A stretch of 56,265 nucleotides of DNA, counting the filler, from Catajapyx aquilonaris (Eukaryota): assembly GCA_000934665.2 (NCBI GenBank). It is 2 parts of 2 records of this genome, joined end to end, with 100 filler letters (N's around TTAATTAATTAA, not from the genome) between each part and the next. Parts side by side here need not be neighbours in the genome. Positions count along the whole stretch, not along the records: positions 1 to 28,036 come from KZ539258.1; positions 28,137 to 56,265 come from JYFJ02004971.1. One strand, written 5' to 3'. Made by a program: the position numbers and the translations under genes. The notes under the pieces were generated by a model. The model was not told the DNA's origin, ran no database searches, and saw only the letters and a program-made list of their open reading frames with translations. Of the stretch, positions 25,025 through 37,400 are shown piece after piece (within the stretch, counting starts at the first letter, position 1; each line of letters starts with the position of its first letter).

Positions 25025-25538
25025 GGTTAGGAACACTAATACTCTGCACCAACACCAAGCAGTAATCCCGTCACAATAATTTTACCTCCTGTTTTACTGG
25101 TCGTCAACAACATTTCTCTTGCCCAGGGATACACTGTGAAATATCTAGATGCATTTCATTTTTGCGTGAGAAATAGTGCCAGTTAGGCGCTCAATTATTC
25201 AGTAATGGTTCAATAATTGCTTGCTACAGTTCATGTACACGTTGTACACTGTACAGGCTTGTTTATTATTACCAGACTGTTGCTGCCATAGAGTAGAAAA
25301 TTACAATAATAATTATTAAACATGGTACATTTTACTCGGAGTCCTCAAATGTCTGATTTGTATTTGAAAATGATAAGGAGATAGCGGAAAAATTATTAAT
25401 TTGACTTTATAATTATAATCGACAGTAAATGAACGCTGGTGTTATTACCACAAATCCTCTCAAATTTATAGCATATTACATGATTACAATAATTTGAATG
25501 TTTGTTTTGTAGCATCTTGTTATAGCCGAACATGAAAC

Positions 25539-27028
25539 CTAAAGAGTGGCATTTCGAGCCGCATCTTCTTCTTCCGCTCCCTTGAACTGTGCCAGGATAA
25601 TGAAGTATGTGGTTATGATCCCCAACATCTGAAATGTCACATGTAAATAGATAGATCAAGATAGAATGTGATCACAATACTCACTGACGTAACTAGCCCC
25701 TGCTTGATGGAAAAGAAGTGAGAAGCTGTGATTTGGACTGGAGAGACCAATATCAGCTGGAGCATAGACTTGGCCTGGAATAATATACGTAATGGTACTG
25801 ATTAGGCTACTATACTTGCTATAGGCCTACGATGCGGTGCATTGACTCTGAGTAACATCACCAATGCTGTATGCTTACATGAATCACTTGGCTCATGTTG
25901 GAAGAATATGTTCTGATTCGAACCAAATCAACTGAACTCCCGCTTGCCTTTGTTGAAAGCAAACAAATATCAGCGTCATTAATTAATTAATTGAATCAAC
26001 AATCCTGACACATATTTGTTATTTCAACCAACAATACTTACCTCGACTGACACTTGACCCAACAGAAGCGTTAGGAAGAGCACAGCACAAGCATTGCTCA
26101 CAAGGTACAGAATATTTGTGATGATTTCCATCGTGCTTAAAATGGCCTTAGCTGTGTACACCATGTAGTACAAGATGGACACGGTGTCTAGCAAAAACGC
26201 GGCATATCTAACAGCCAGAATGTGTCCGTATATCTTCCCAAAGTCATCCGCCGCCTCGCAAAGTTCCTCAAAATTCTTGCAGGCCACATCCAGCCCTTCT
26301 TGTGGTGACAACGACAAAGCGTCACTTCCTGGACGTGGTTTTACGATGTGACTCGTCCGATGCACTATGTCGTTGACTCCTCTGAAGCAGTTCTTCAGGG
26401 CCAGAGCGAAGAAACACATTTGCGTCAAGGGCATGTTCAGCATGTAAGAGCTATGGGTCAACACATACACGAAAAAATAGTCTCCCGTCTCTGGTGTGCT
26501 ATCTTCATGACCCATCAGAAGGATCATCCAGGACAACGGTGATGTGCATACAACGCAAAGAGTACTGACCACCAGAAAATATGATTCATTTCGTAACTTC
26601 AGGTTAGTCTCAGCATTGGACAACAACTCCAAATCGACCGAGTTAATTGTCTTCAAGAATCTGTGTATCTCTGGAGTCTTTCGTAGAATTAGTACGAAGG
26701 TGATTAAAGGAAGCAAGAGCTCTGCACTGTGCATTATTGCGTCGCTGGACATTGTGGTCGAATCTGAGAGGAAGTATACCCAAGGTCTGGGCGTTGAGAC
26801 AAAGAAGAAGTAAGTGTAGCAGAAAAGAAGGACAAATCCGTTTAGAAGAGTAGGCCAGTGTCGGTATAAGCATGTCTTACTTCGTGACGATTCACGTCTG
26901 ACGAGATAAGTAGGCAGCATCCCAACAACCACTGACGACACTGCGATCGGCAGAAATGCCCACTTCACAGACTTCTCCTTTGGAGGAATCCGAGCACTTT
27001 TAGACACGTCCTCCACGCTACCCTCCAT
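25539..27028 (-). CDS. Gustatory receptor GR-9; exons 27028-26042, 25947-25879, 25774-25685, 25628-25539
   Basis: WAFLPIAVSSVVVGMLP motif, MLGIITTYFIILAQF last exon, canonical splice sites. Confidence 0.9.
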
Positions 27029-27231
27029 GATCTGTTATGCCAGACTACCTGTGACAATGCAAAAACGGATGAGTAATGACAGAGCATCACGACCTGATCA
27101 CGACACCACAAGCCTGCACTTATCCAGATGAAGACCTGTAATATGCATGAGTAGCCATGGTTACAAACGCGGTTATCGATCAGGGGAATGTCTCTTGGGG
27201 TGTTATATAGAATGATGTTAATATTTCAGTA

Positions 27232-27931
27232 GGGGGGAGGTGTGGTGGCCGTGATCATGGGCGTAGATAAGGGGGGGTTTTGGGGGTTCAAACCCCCCCC
27301 CCCNNNNNNNNNNNNNNNNNNNNNNNNNNNNNNNNNNNNNNNNNNNNNNNNNNNNNNNNNNNNNNNNNNNNNNNNNNNNNNNNNNNNNNNNNNNNNNNNN
27401 NNNNNNNNNNNNNNNNNNNNNNNNNNNNNNNNNNNNNNNNNNNNNNNNNNNNNNNNNNNNNNNNNNNNNNNNNNNNNNNNNNNNNNNNNNNNNNNNNNNN
27501 NNNNNNNNNNNNNNNNNNNNNNNNNNNNNNNNNNNNNNNNNNNNNNNNNNNNNNNNNNNNNNNNNNNNNNNNNNNNNNNNNNNNNCCCCCCCCCCCCCAT
27601 TGAAAATCTATACCTACGCCCGTGGCCGTGATGGTAACGTCACGGAGTGAAAGGCCCCAGGTTAGATCCCCGCCTGGGGAACTTATTTCCTTTCACCTGC
27701 GTCGGGAGGGTCTCTGACCTGCACCAAGGAGGGGTCTGGCAACCTAACCTCCTGGGGGACTGCACATGGCCCAAAAGCCTAGACAATGCACCTGCACAAG
27801 TGTCCCCTCCCCAACAATCCCTTTCCCTACCCTATATCCTGAACCAGTCCTAGCACGGAGATTAAAGTTAAATAGAAAACTGTATGGTGGTCTGCCACCC
27901 CCTGAAAGGCTCTGACCTGAACTCTATTATT
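27232..27931 (+). mobile_element. Probable tRNA-derived SINE, interrupted by a MITE
   Basis: Removing the MITE gives GGTGTGGTGGCCGTGATGGTAACG (A-box-like) and CCAGGTTAGATCCC (B-box-like). The element ends in TATTATT. The 3' boundary is uncertain. Confidence 0.5.
27256..27624. mobile_element. hAT-type MITE spanning an assembly gap
   Basis: TIRs CATGGGCGTAG / CTACGCCCGTG with a perfect 8-bp TSD GCCGTGAT (27248-27255 and 27625-27632). Confidence 0.8.
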
Positions 27932-28036
27932 AAGGGGGTTTGTGGTAGCATGAGTGCTCCACATCCTGGGCGAGTCATTCTTCTGGTTGCCATTCCTCAT
28001 TCCTGCTCGTCTGCCTGCAACGAGACAGCAGGTTTC

Positions 28037-28136
28037 NNNNNNNNNNNNNNNNNNNNNNNNNNNNNNNNNNNNNNNNNNNNTTAATTAATTAANNNNNNNN
28101 NNNNNNNNNNNNNNNNNNNNNNNNNNNNNNNNNNNN
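28037..28136. other. Artificial 100-bp contig/scaffold linker (N44-TTAATTAATTAA-N44)
   Basis: Six-frame stop 12-mer centred symmetrically in Ns, 100 nt in total. Confidence 0.9.
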
Positions 28137-28437
28137 GGGGGGGCCCAAACGCCACCTCCCAGAACAAATGAGTTATCTTGTCCCTAGTATAGCTATGGTC
28201 ATTTTTTTCAGAAACTGGCAGTTTTCGGGGTTTGAGCCTAACATACATACTCAAGTTCGTGGACATAACAACTTTCCCAACGCGGCATAAACAGAACCAA
28301 GCGAGACAAGACACCAGCACTATACAATCACACTTACCAATAAAATCTGGGCCTGATCCGCAACAAAATGGGTAGCAAAAAGCAGCGATTAACATAATGA
28401 CACTATGACTTGCTTAAAATGCTGTAAAAATAACTTA

Positions 28438-31400
28438 CCAAGTCCATCTCCTCCTGAGAAAGTGGCTGATCCCGACCTGGTGTCATAGTGGCTGTTGGCA
28501 AAGGAAAGGAAGCTCCTCTGCAGTCGCTTGTGCCTCACCACAAAGAAGGTGAGTGCAGCCGAAAGGAGAAGGATGACCACCACCACAGGTACCACAATGC
28601 TGACTAGGCTCCCTGGACTGAGGCTGTAACTGTCCTCAGGGTTGTCCCCAACGAGGTCCCCAATGTCCCCTGACGTGATGAGCTCCGACATGGGTGACTC
28701 ATAACCCATAGAGTCGCGCACACTCACCCCAACCCAGTAGTTCACACCAGGCTTGGCATCAGGAAGGACAAAGATGGTGGTGTTGGACTCATATATTCTT
28801 GCCTGGGACATGTTTCGAGTGTTCTCTGACACCCACACCCTATAAGTGTAGCTGAAAAAATTGGCAGACATAAGTGCATTGCACATTACCTTCATTATGT
28901 TTCACAACTACTTGCACAAAAACATCACATTGTAATTCAGAATACACACAGGCCATCGACGGTTTTGGTCTTTGGTCGCGTTGACGCCGTGGACCAATCA
29001 TGACTCACGTAAACAAGCTCAACACTTGTGTTGCGCTTGTTGATTGGTCTGCGGCATCAACGCAACCAAAGACCAAAACCGTCGACCGCCTGTGTGTATG
29101 CGCCTTCAGAAATGTCAGATATAACTCAGTCACATCTGGTAACAACACAAGTCATCTACTCACTTAATGCCAATCTGGCCAAGTTCCTTCGGCATGCCCT
29201 GATCTGCCCACCAGATCACCATGCTCCCATTCTTCTCCATGGCAGATATAACCTGATGAGGTGCTGGAATGTCTGGGGCCTCAAAGCAAACCTCCTTGGA
29301 CTTCTGACCACCGGGAACAGCTGGTTCCACTGTCACACAATAACTCCCTCCAAACCGGAACTGGAACTTATGTTCCATGCTGGTTTTGTTGGTTGGTGCA
29401 AGCGTTATCGACCCCTCCTGCTTCAGCTTGGGTTCCCTTGTGGTCACTCTATAGCTGACAAATGAGGCAGAGGCTCCCAGAGATGGACATGGAGCATCCC
29501 ACTTCACCAACATGAATCCCCTCTCAGATGAGTCCAAACGTATGCGGACATTCTTAGGTGCAGCCTGAGAGCTGTATTGGGTCATAATACGAACAGGTTG
29601 GCGGGTAATGGGGCCATAACCCAATGGACCAATTAATCCGATGTCAAAGTCATAGTTCTCACAAGCCTCCAGATTATGAACAGTGAAGGAAGTGCCTTTT
29701 GTCTGGTTACGGACACCTGAAAATTCGGATGGTGTAATCTTCTTGCTACATAGTACCTATGGTCTACCACACAATATTTAAATTATTTCTTCAATTCATG
29801 CACTCAAACTTAATATCCTACAAAGGGCATTCAGAAATTAATGAGCTTTTCAATGAAGGTGCTTGCTATTAGGTATTAAAATTGGTCACCACGCAAGGAG
29901 ACTGCATTGAAAATAACATCCAGCAAGTCATTTCTTGCTTGCCTACCTGTTGTCTTTCACGGAGACATTCATTACTTTCTGAAAGCCACTGGAAATAAGA
30001 CCGAGTAAGACTGACCTTTCTCAAGAAGTTCCTTGTCCTTCAGTCCGTAATAGACGCCATACACCCACGAAACCTTCCTCTTGTCCTTGGGTGGATCCCA
30101 CTCCAGTTTGACAGAGGTCCCCTTGGGCTTCAAAATGTCTCCTCTTAGATTTCCTACCCTGGGCAAGGGTTCTCCTGTGGTATTGGCATTTATCCACACA
30201 GGTGGGCTGTGGTAATCCTTCTTCACAGCCACAACCTGGATCTTGTAGTTCTCGCCTGGTGATAGGTTTGTCACTGCAACGGGTCAGACCAAGGGAAAAA
30301 TAAACATGTGAACATTTTTACCCTTAACAGTGCACAAAGTGAGTATAAAAAGACTGCACAAATACATATTCCATATTAAATTCTCAAAACATCAAGGTTA
30401 GCATCTCACATGTAACTTTGGCATCTGTAGTGTTGACAGCATCAAACAGCACATGGATGTCCTCAGCCTTGTATTTGATCTCGTATGAATCCACTCCATC
30501 GGCCTTTGTCCACTCAAGTACAATGCTGTTGTCCGTCTTTTGTGTTATTCTTACATTTTTGACCTCTGGCACCAATACATCAGCATCAAATGTCAACTTG
30601 GCTGGTGCTGAGCTATTCCCTATGTAGTCCCTGTTCTTTGCACGAACCCAAAATGTGTACTCAATGCCTGCCCTGAAGTCATGTTCCAAAACAACAGTAG
30701 TCTGTGTTGCAGGTGCATTGAGCTCTAATGGTGGTGTTGGTGGTGACACATACACCAGGTAATTAATGAGCACCCCATTCATGCTCCTTGGTCGTTTCCA
30801 TGCCAACTCCACTTGATGGTCATTCAGTTGTGTCACATTCACACTGGTTGGTTCTGATGGTATCCCTTCTGACGTGGATGCCACAAAGTATGTTCCAGGA
30901 GGGAACACCTTCTTCTCACCCTGGAGACGTACATACACAGTCAGGTTGTAGCGTGTGTATGGCTTGAGACCTGTGAAGAGATACTCCTCATGGTCCGTCC
31001 AGGTCTGATTCCTCCAGGCTGTGCATGGGCCTGGAGAAGACAACTCGCATATGGATGGCTGGAACTCAAGTTTTAGCTCTCCCAGCTCAGGAATCCACCA
31101 TTCCAGTAAGAATGACGATTGGGTCACATTTTTGCGGTCAACACCAAGGCCAATGACCTGTAAATTGCATGAACGTTAATTCCAATTATGTAGGAAAGTA
31201 AGTCTCTTAGTACACTGAGAAGTGCATGTGCCTCAAGCTACACTTACTATGTACAGAGTATGGTCTACCAACACTTTAATTAAAATAATCAGCATCTAAC
31301 CATGTGAGGCCCATATGAGGAATGTGAAAATGTTTCACTTACAAAGTGCCAGCCCTCCCAAGAAAATTGTTACAGTATTAAGTTTGCTTCTTATAACTTG

Positions 31401-34400
31401 ACACATCCCCCTGCCCCAATATGTGTTGTAAACAAATCCCTAAACCTAGTGTAAAAATAGGTGCAATTAAGCATTCATGCTGACCTGATAAACACGCTTG
31501 GCTGGATCACATTGCAGCTCGTCAGTCCCATCATAGCAGTCAGCATGAGAATCACAAAATTTCTCCAGGGGGAAGCAACGGCTACCATCACACTTAAAGT
31601 TTCCGTAAGGGCAGTCAAAAGGAGGTGGTGTGACTAAAATGAAGAGTGAAGTCAGAAGAGTTGTTTAATGTGGAGCAAGTAACAAACTTACTGGGTTGTC
31701 CATGCTTGCATCCATTTTCATCTGAACCATCAGGACAGTCTTCCTTCCCATCACACACAGAGGACATAGGCTTGCACAGGCCAGAAATTTCACACCGAAA
31801 TTGGTCAGGACGACATGTGAAGGAGACACTGTCACAGTTTCGTTCATCTTCCCCCATACTGCAGTCCATAAGGCCATCGCACACTGCAGATTCCCATATG
31901 CATTCACCTGAAAGCCCAGAATAAACCACAATTATGTTGCTTACAAGTCAGCAGGTAAAATTAAATCCAGGTGCCCAATTATTCCTAGGTGATTGAAAAT
32001 AGTGGTTACTATACAGTATCATAGGGGCCGTGCAGACGGGCCAAGCTTAGCCGCGGATGGCCGCGGCCGCGACGGTTCGTCACCTGGCAAGCCACGGCCA
32101 GGCCACGGCTTACAAGGTAGGCCAACTTCCTGGAAGTTGGCCAGGGCCCGTCTGCACGGCCCCAAGGGCACCTAGACCAGGGCATAAAGAGCCACAAAAA
32201 ACTAAGAGCTTCAGCAAAATTTCCTATAACCAAAAGGGTCCAAACTCTTGGAACACCTTGTGATTACTTGTGAGTATATCTCAGGTTAGATTTCAATTTT
32301 AGTTCACACCCTTGAAACACTGGAAGTGATTGGCTCCACATCCAGATGGCCTGTTGGTTGAAGGTATTGGAGTAGTCTGAGGGGCAGAGCTGGGGCTATC
32401 ATTCCCACACCCAACTTCATCCGATCCATCTCCACAATCATCCACTCCATCACACTTCCACTGCAGGGGGACACACAACTTGCTTTGGGAGCAACGGAAA
32501 GTCCATTCGTGGCAGGTACTCTGTGGAAGGTGAAAATCAGACAATGACAATTGTATTACTGAAGATATCCTGGTGACACAAGTCGAGCCATGAGTCCATG
32601 ACCCATTTTCATACCTCAGGGAAGGGTTCTGGAGTGGTGGGAACTGGCGGAGCCTTGGTGGTGTGGGTACAATTCTCTTCATCTGACCCATCCAGGCAAT
32701 CCTTGTCACCATCGCACACCCAACTTTGGAATACACACACCTTGCTCTTGCACTGTAAATACATTCCATCAGTTTGCTTGTCCACGATTACTTCATATGT
32801 ATTGTGCTCACCTGGAACTGCCAGTCCTGGCACTTGTTCGTGCTGCATTCTGCTTCATCAGATCCATCCGCACAGTCATGTTCCCCATCACACCTCCAAG
32901 TAGTGGGTATGCATTGTATGCCATGGGCACATGTGAATTCACCCGCTGCAATTGAAAAGGTCCATTTAAGAAAACATCTCAAGCAAGCACCAAAACGGTA
33001 TAATTCATTTTTACGTTTGACTTTTGCTACTTAGCTTACATTGCACTACTGAAGGTGGATCAATGACCTGGGGTAAATAATGTTATTTGTTAAGAGGAAA
33101 CCCAGCCCGCAGCAGCCAAAAGTAGTGGTATTTGTTGACATTTTATTTTATGTCATTGTGCGCTTGCTAATTACAGTAACGCCATGAAATTTTTTTGGAG
33201 TGATCTCCAATGTCGCTACCTAGATACGAGTTGCTTAAACGGAAAAATGCGAAACAAAGTAGTGAAAATAAATAGCGAAGTTAGGGTCGAAATTGTGCAG
33301 TTTCAATTCCATCTCGATAATGACCGTGAAGTATGCCCTTCACAAATGTCCATCCATGCGTTGTGATGTTGTGCAGGGTTTGACGTAGAAATTTTAAAAA
33401 TTAGTGATACATTTTGGCTATTAAATAATAATTAGATTTCAGGACTGATTTTTTTTGGCATTTTCCCTTTCTGTAGTGTACAGAAAGGCTGCAGGGGAGA
33501 AAGTAGTATCTCATGCCCTCCCTGCATCATTTCTGGAGACTTCGTGTAGAGGCTAAGAATGGTGAATTGTCAACAATAACGGAGATGGAGTTGATTTCCT
33601 TACACATTGTAAAAATCGCCCAAATAAGGGCAGTTTGAGCCGACGTAGTTCACCCGATGTCCGCCACTATGTAGGATAGCGCTCTCTGGCCCCCTCTCCC
33701 CTTCCGACCAACCCCACTCCCCAACCCCGGGATTCCTTCCTTGAAATCCGACCCCACTAGGGGAATGACATGCTCGTGGACCCGTCGTGAACCCTCCATG
33801 CACTTCAAATTGCCTTGGTCATTTCCGTCAAGATTTCCGTGGTCCTTTCCCTACCCCCTATTGGCGTGCGCACAGGGTGGGCCCAGGTGGACACGTGACA
33901 TTTCTGAAGTACTGAGTAACATCGTGCAGTGTCTAGGCTTGATCCGGTCAAGGTCGGATTTTTTTTGAGGTTTTTTTTTCAGCGGCCGCAAAATGATCAT
34001 TTCATTCAAGTTAATCTGGTTAATCCGGCTTATTTATGCACGATTTTGTAGTCCAACACTCGCGATTTTTTACGCGAGAGAAAATTTAAAAAGCCACACA
34101 GAAACCGCGTTACATAGTGGGAAAACGCTATAGTTTCGCCAGCAGAATTTGTCAGCGTCACAGAATATGTGACGCCCGTCTTATTAGGGATATCATGCTT
34201 CTTATTGGGGTTTTGGAAGTGCCCCCAACCCTCGAGGGACTCTTCCAAGAAGTCTGTGAAATGCTTGGGGGAAGGTCAACACCAGGACACTTCCGCCCTT
34301 TTTGGGTGAGCTTATCTCACGGCTTACCTCGGACCCCCCACCGAAGGAGGTTTGCCTGGTGCGTATAGTGTAGTGCCTGGGCTCGGAGTTGTGGCAGTAG

Positions 34401-37400
34401 CCACTTGGTGGTGCTGCTGTGTTAACCTATAGCGCTCGCAGCGAAAAAATCTGCAAGTTCCACACCTGGGTTTCCTGTTAATTGCTACTGATAGTTTGAA
34501 GATCTACCTTCAGTGGTCCAACCTGGCCTTAAAAATTCAGCATGCAGTTTTTACCAGCTAAACTCTCTAACACTCTGAATTAGGTTAGCTTCAGTATACC
34601 TCGACATGTGGACGATGCGTGAGTGCAGTTAGCCTCATCTGATCCATCCCGACAGTCATCATCAAAATCACACTTCCACCGGGCTGAAATACATCTGCCG
34701 TTTTGGCATGAAAACTGGTCCTTGGCACAGTCAGAATATGCTGTGGGCAGAGAAAAAATTAATGTCACAAAATTGTATCAATACATAAGACAAGCCCACT
34801 CACAGCATCCAGACTCATCTGAGCCATCCCCACAGTCATCATCAAAGTCACAACGCCAGTGCTTAGGTATGCATCGACCATTGTTGCACTGGAAGTGGAT
34901 CGAAGTGCATGTGACCATGCTGCAGTGGGCTTCATCTGATCCATCACCACAGTCGTTATCCCCGTCACACTTCCACAACGATGGCACACATCGATCATTC
35001 TCACAATGGAACTGGTCAGGCGTGCATGTGTGTTGTGTTGACCCACAACCCTTGCCGTCTGCCTCTGGTGCCTCCCCATTAGGGCATGAGCATTTGTCAT
35101 TCCCTGCCTCTTGAATCATCCCATCTGGACAGAGGCAGATGTGCTGCTTGTTTGGCAAAGGTGCACACAAGTGGGAGCAGGTGTGGTTGGTGCACCCACT
35201 CTCCTTGGTCTGTGTCCCATGTCCGTAGATCTTGAGGTCCATCAGACTCGCCATGTGAGAACGGACAACCACCAATCCCTTACCGTGGTCCTTGTCTGCC
35301 ATGTAGATTGACTGCTTGTTCCAGTCATCCCAGTACACCATATTCTTGTAAATCCCAACTGCAAATGGATGTGATCCCATTTCCTGTAGAGAAAAAAAAC
35401 TGCATTAGTACTGGATAATTATATTCAGAAATCATGAGAATTTTAAAATTAGGTTTTGGTACCATTAATAACTGTAAAGTTCAAGAGAAAATGCCCTGTC
35501 ATGCAAGCATTGATGAAATTCATTCTTATAAAATAGCACCATGTCATTTGAATTATTATGCATCCCCAAATTATGTCACTTGTGAAACTTAATATCCTAC
35601 CCTGGTCAAATCCTGGCTGACCAACCTAGCTTACCCTAGACTCCTAGAGAACCCTGAGAGGTGAGACAATGAGTACGTTTACAAGGGACTAAAAATCGGT
35701 CTAGCCTATGCTAGGCGAACCGTTTTACTCCCATGTAGCCGCTGGGCCTACGATAGACCGGCCTTATCTGATCCGTTGTCGGGCGCAGCCCAAGCCTTTT
35801 GGGTCAGGTGGTCTACCTAAGGCGATGGCCTTGCTAAGGAAGCCTGGGTCAGGCCGATTTTTAGTCCCATGTAAACGTACTCAGTGCTGCTAATCACAAA
35901 TTTACACTGGCCAAACCACCATCACATTTCTTTAATTCTTGTCTATCAAAATAACATTTTAACTCACCATTCACTTACAAAAAAAACTCAACTCACCTCA
36001 TCCTGCAGTACAATCTTCATGTTCCCATTAAAGTCAGCTGAGGCAATGTAGTCCCTCCTTGCATCTGCCCAGTAAATTCTTTCTGCCATGAAGTCTATAG
36101 TAATCCCATTGGGCCACTCCACATTTGGTTTGGTGACAATCAGTGTAGCATTACTTCCATCTGCTGTGGATCTGCCTACACATGGGTTTGTTCCTGACCA
36201 GTCTGTCCAGAAGATGTAGCCAGCAGATGGATGGACAGCTATCCCCCTTGGCTTATCTAGAGGAGGTCCTTTGAGGATGGTTCGACGCATGCGTCCCGAG
36301 CCATTTACATCTGTCCGGATAACTTCAATGCTGGTCCGGACCCCATCCACAAAGTACAGGTTGTTGCTTACCCAGTCCAAGGACATACCCTCAATTGACT
36401 GCAACTGGGTCTCCACCAGGACTTCTGCTTCTCTCTGGCCATCTAGGCACTGGCGCTGCAAAGGTTGGCATACACATATAATTTAAATTCAAGCAAAGAA
36501 GCAATATTTGCCAATCAAATGAAAAACTAATATTTATCAATCGCTAACAACCCAAGCCACATTTGAAACTATTATTCAATTCCATACAGACATGAATAGT
36601 TGAAGCAGTTAATGTCATAATTTCTTTCTATCTTGATTTCTCTCTGGCAGAAAGAAGACTCTTGCTGCCCTTCCCTGTCCAACAATTACGTGCAACACTA
36701 CCAAAGGTAGCAGTTGAATCAGTATGTGACTATGTGTACTAACCATGATGACATCATCATCAATGTCAGCCCAGTATATGCAATTGTTCTTCTTGTCAAA
36801 CTCGAGTGCAATGACATTCTTCAGATTCGGCAATGGCAAGGTCTCTACTGATGGAGATCGGTAAGCCTTGATGTTGAGGCGAATAATCCTCTGGCGTTGG
36901 GCAACCAGCATAAACTCCTTCTCCTCACTGCATCAAAATATAAAAATTAAACCCTCAAAAATGTAGTCAAATTGGCCAGATAACAATAAAATAATTTATT
37001 AAACACTCACCTAACAGGGCATGGAATGGATTCCATCTCAAACTGGTATGCATCTCCTAACTCGCAAGTGTCTCCAGGGATTTTGCGATATCCCTTGGTG
37101 CGATTGTAAAAGTCACCTGGCTTGCACGATGATGGGATGGCATATGGATTGATAATCGAGTCAGGGTCCTTAATGCACGACTTTACATGCTCATCTTCTT
37201 TGAAACCAAAATCACTGCAAAGTAAATATGAAATAATATCATTCATTTTAAACAAAAAATTCCAACTGTTCAGTTGATATCAAGAATATTACAATTTACA
37301 CGGCTATTTACATGGCCAGTAGGAAACTGGGCCAAATCTGGACTTTTATCAAAGGTTTAATGATATCTGAAATACCAAGGGCTAATCTTGGTACAAACTA

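Noticed and set aside
988..26873. Numerous short antisense and alternative-frame ORFs over the GR and IR genes
   Set aside because: These are shadows of real coding sequence, repeated only because the paralogs are similar.
479..27028. Drosophila Gr28b/Gr39a-style locus with alternative first exons spliced to shared 3' exons
   Set aside because: Each first exon has its own complete exons 2-4 and stop codon, so separate genes are the simpler reading.
27226..27631. Poly-G/P ORFs across Ns
   Set aside because: Translation through an assembly gap.
27930..28036. Possible SorLA terminal exon on - (ttgcag acceptor, KNDSPRM in one frame)
   Set aside because: It does not reproduce the conserved SorLA C-terminus and lies across an artificial join.
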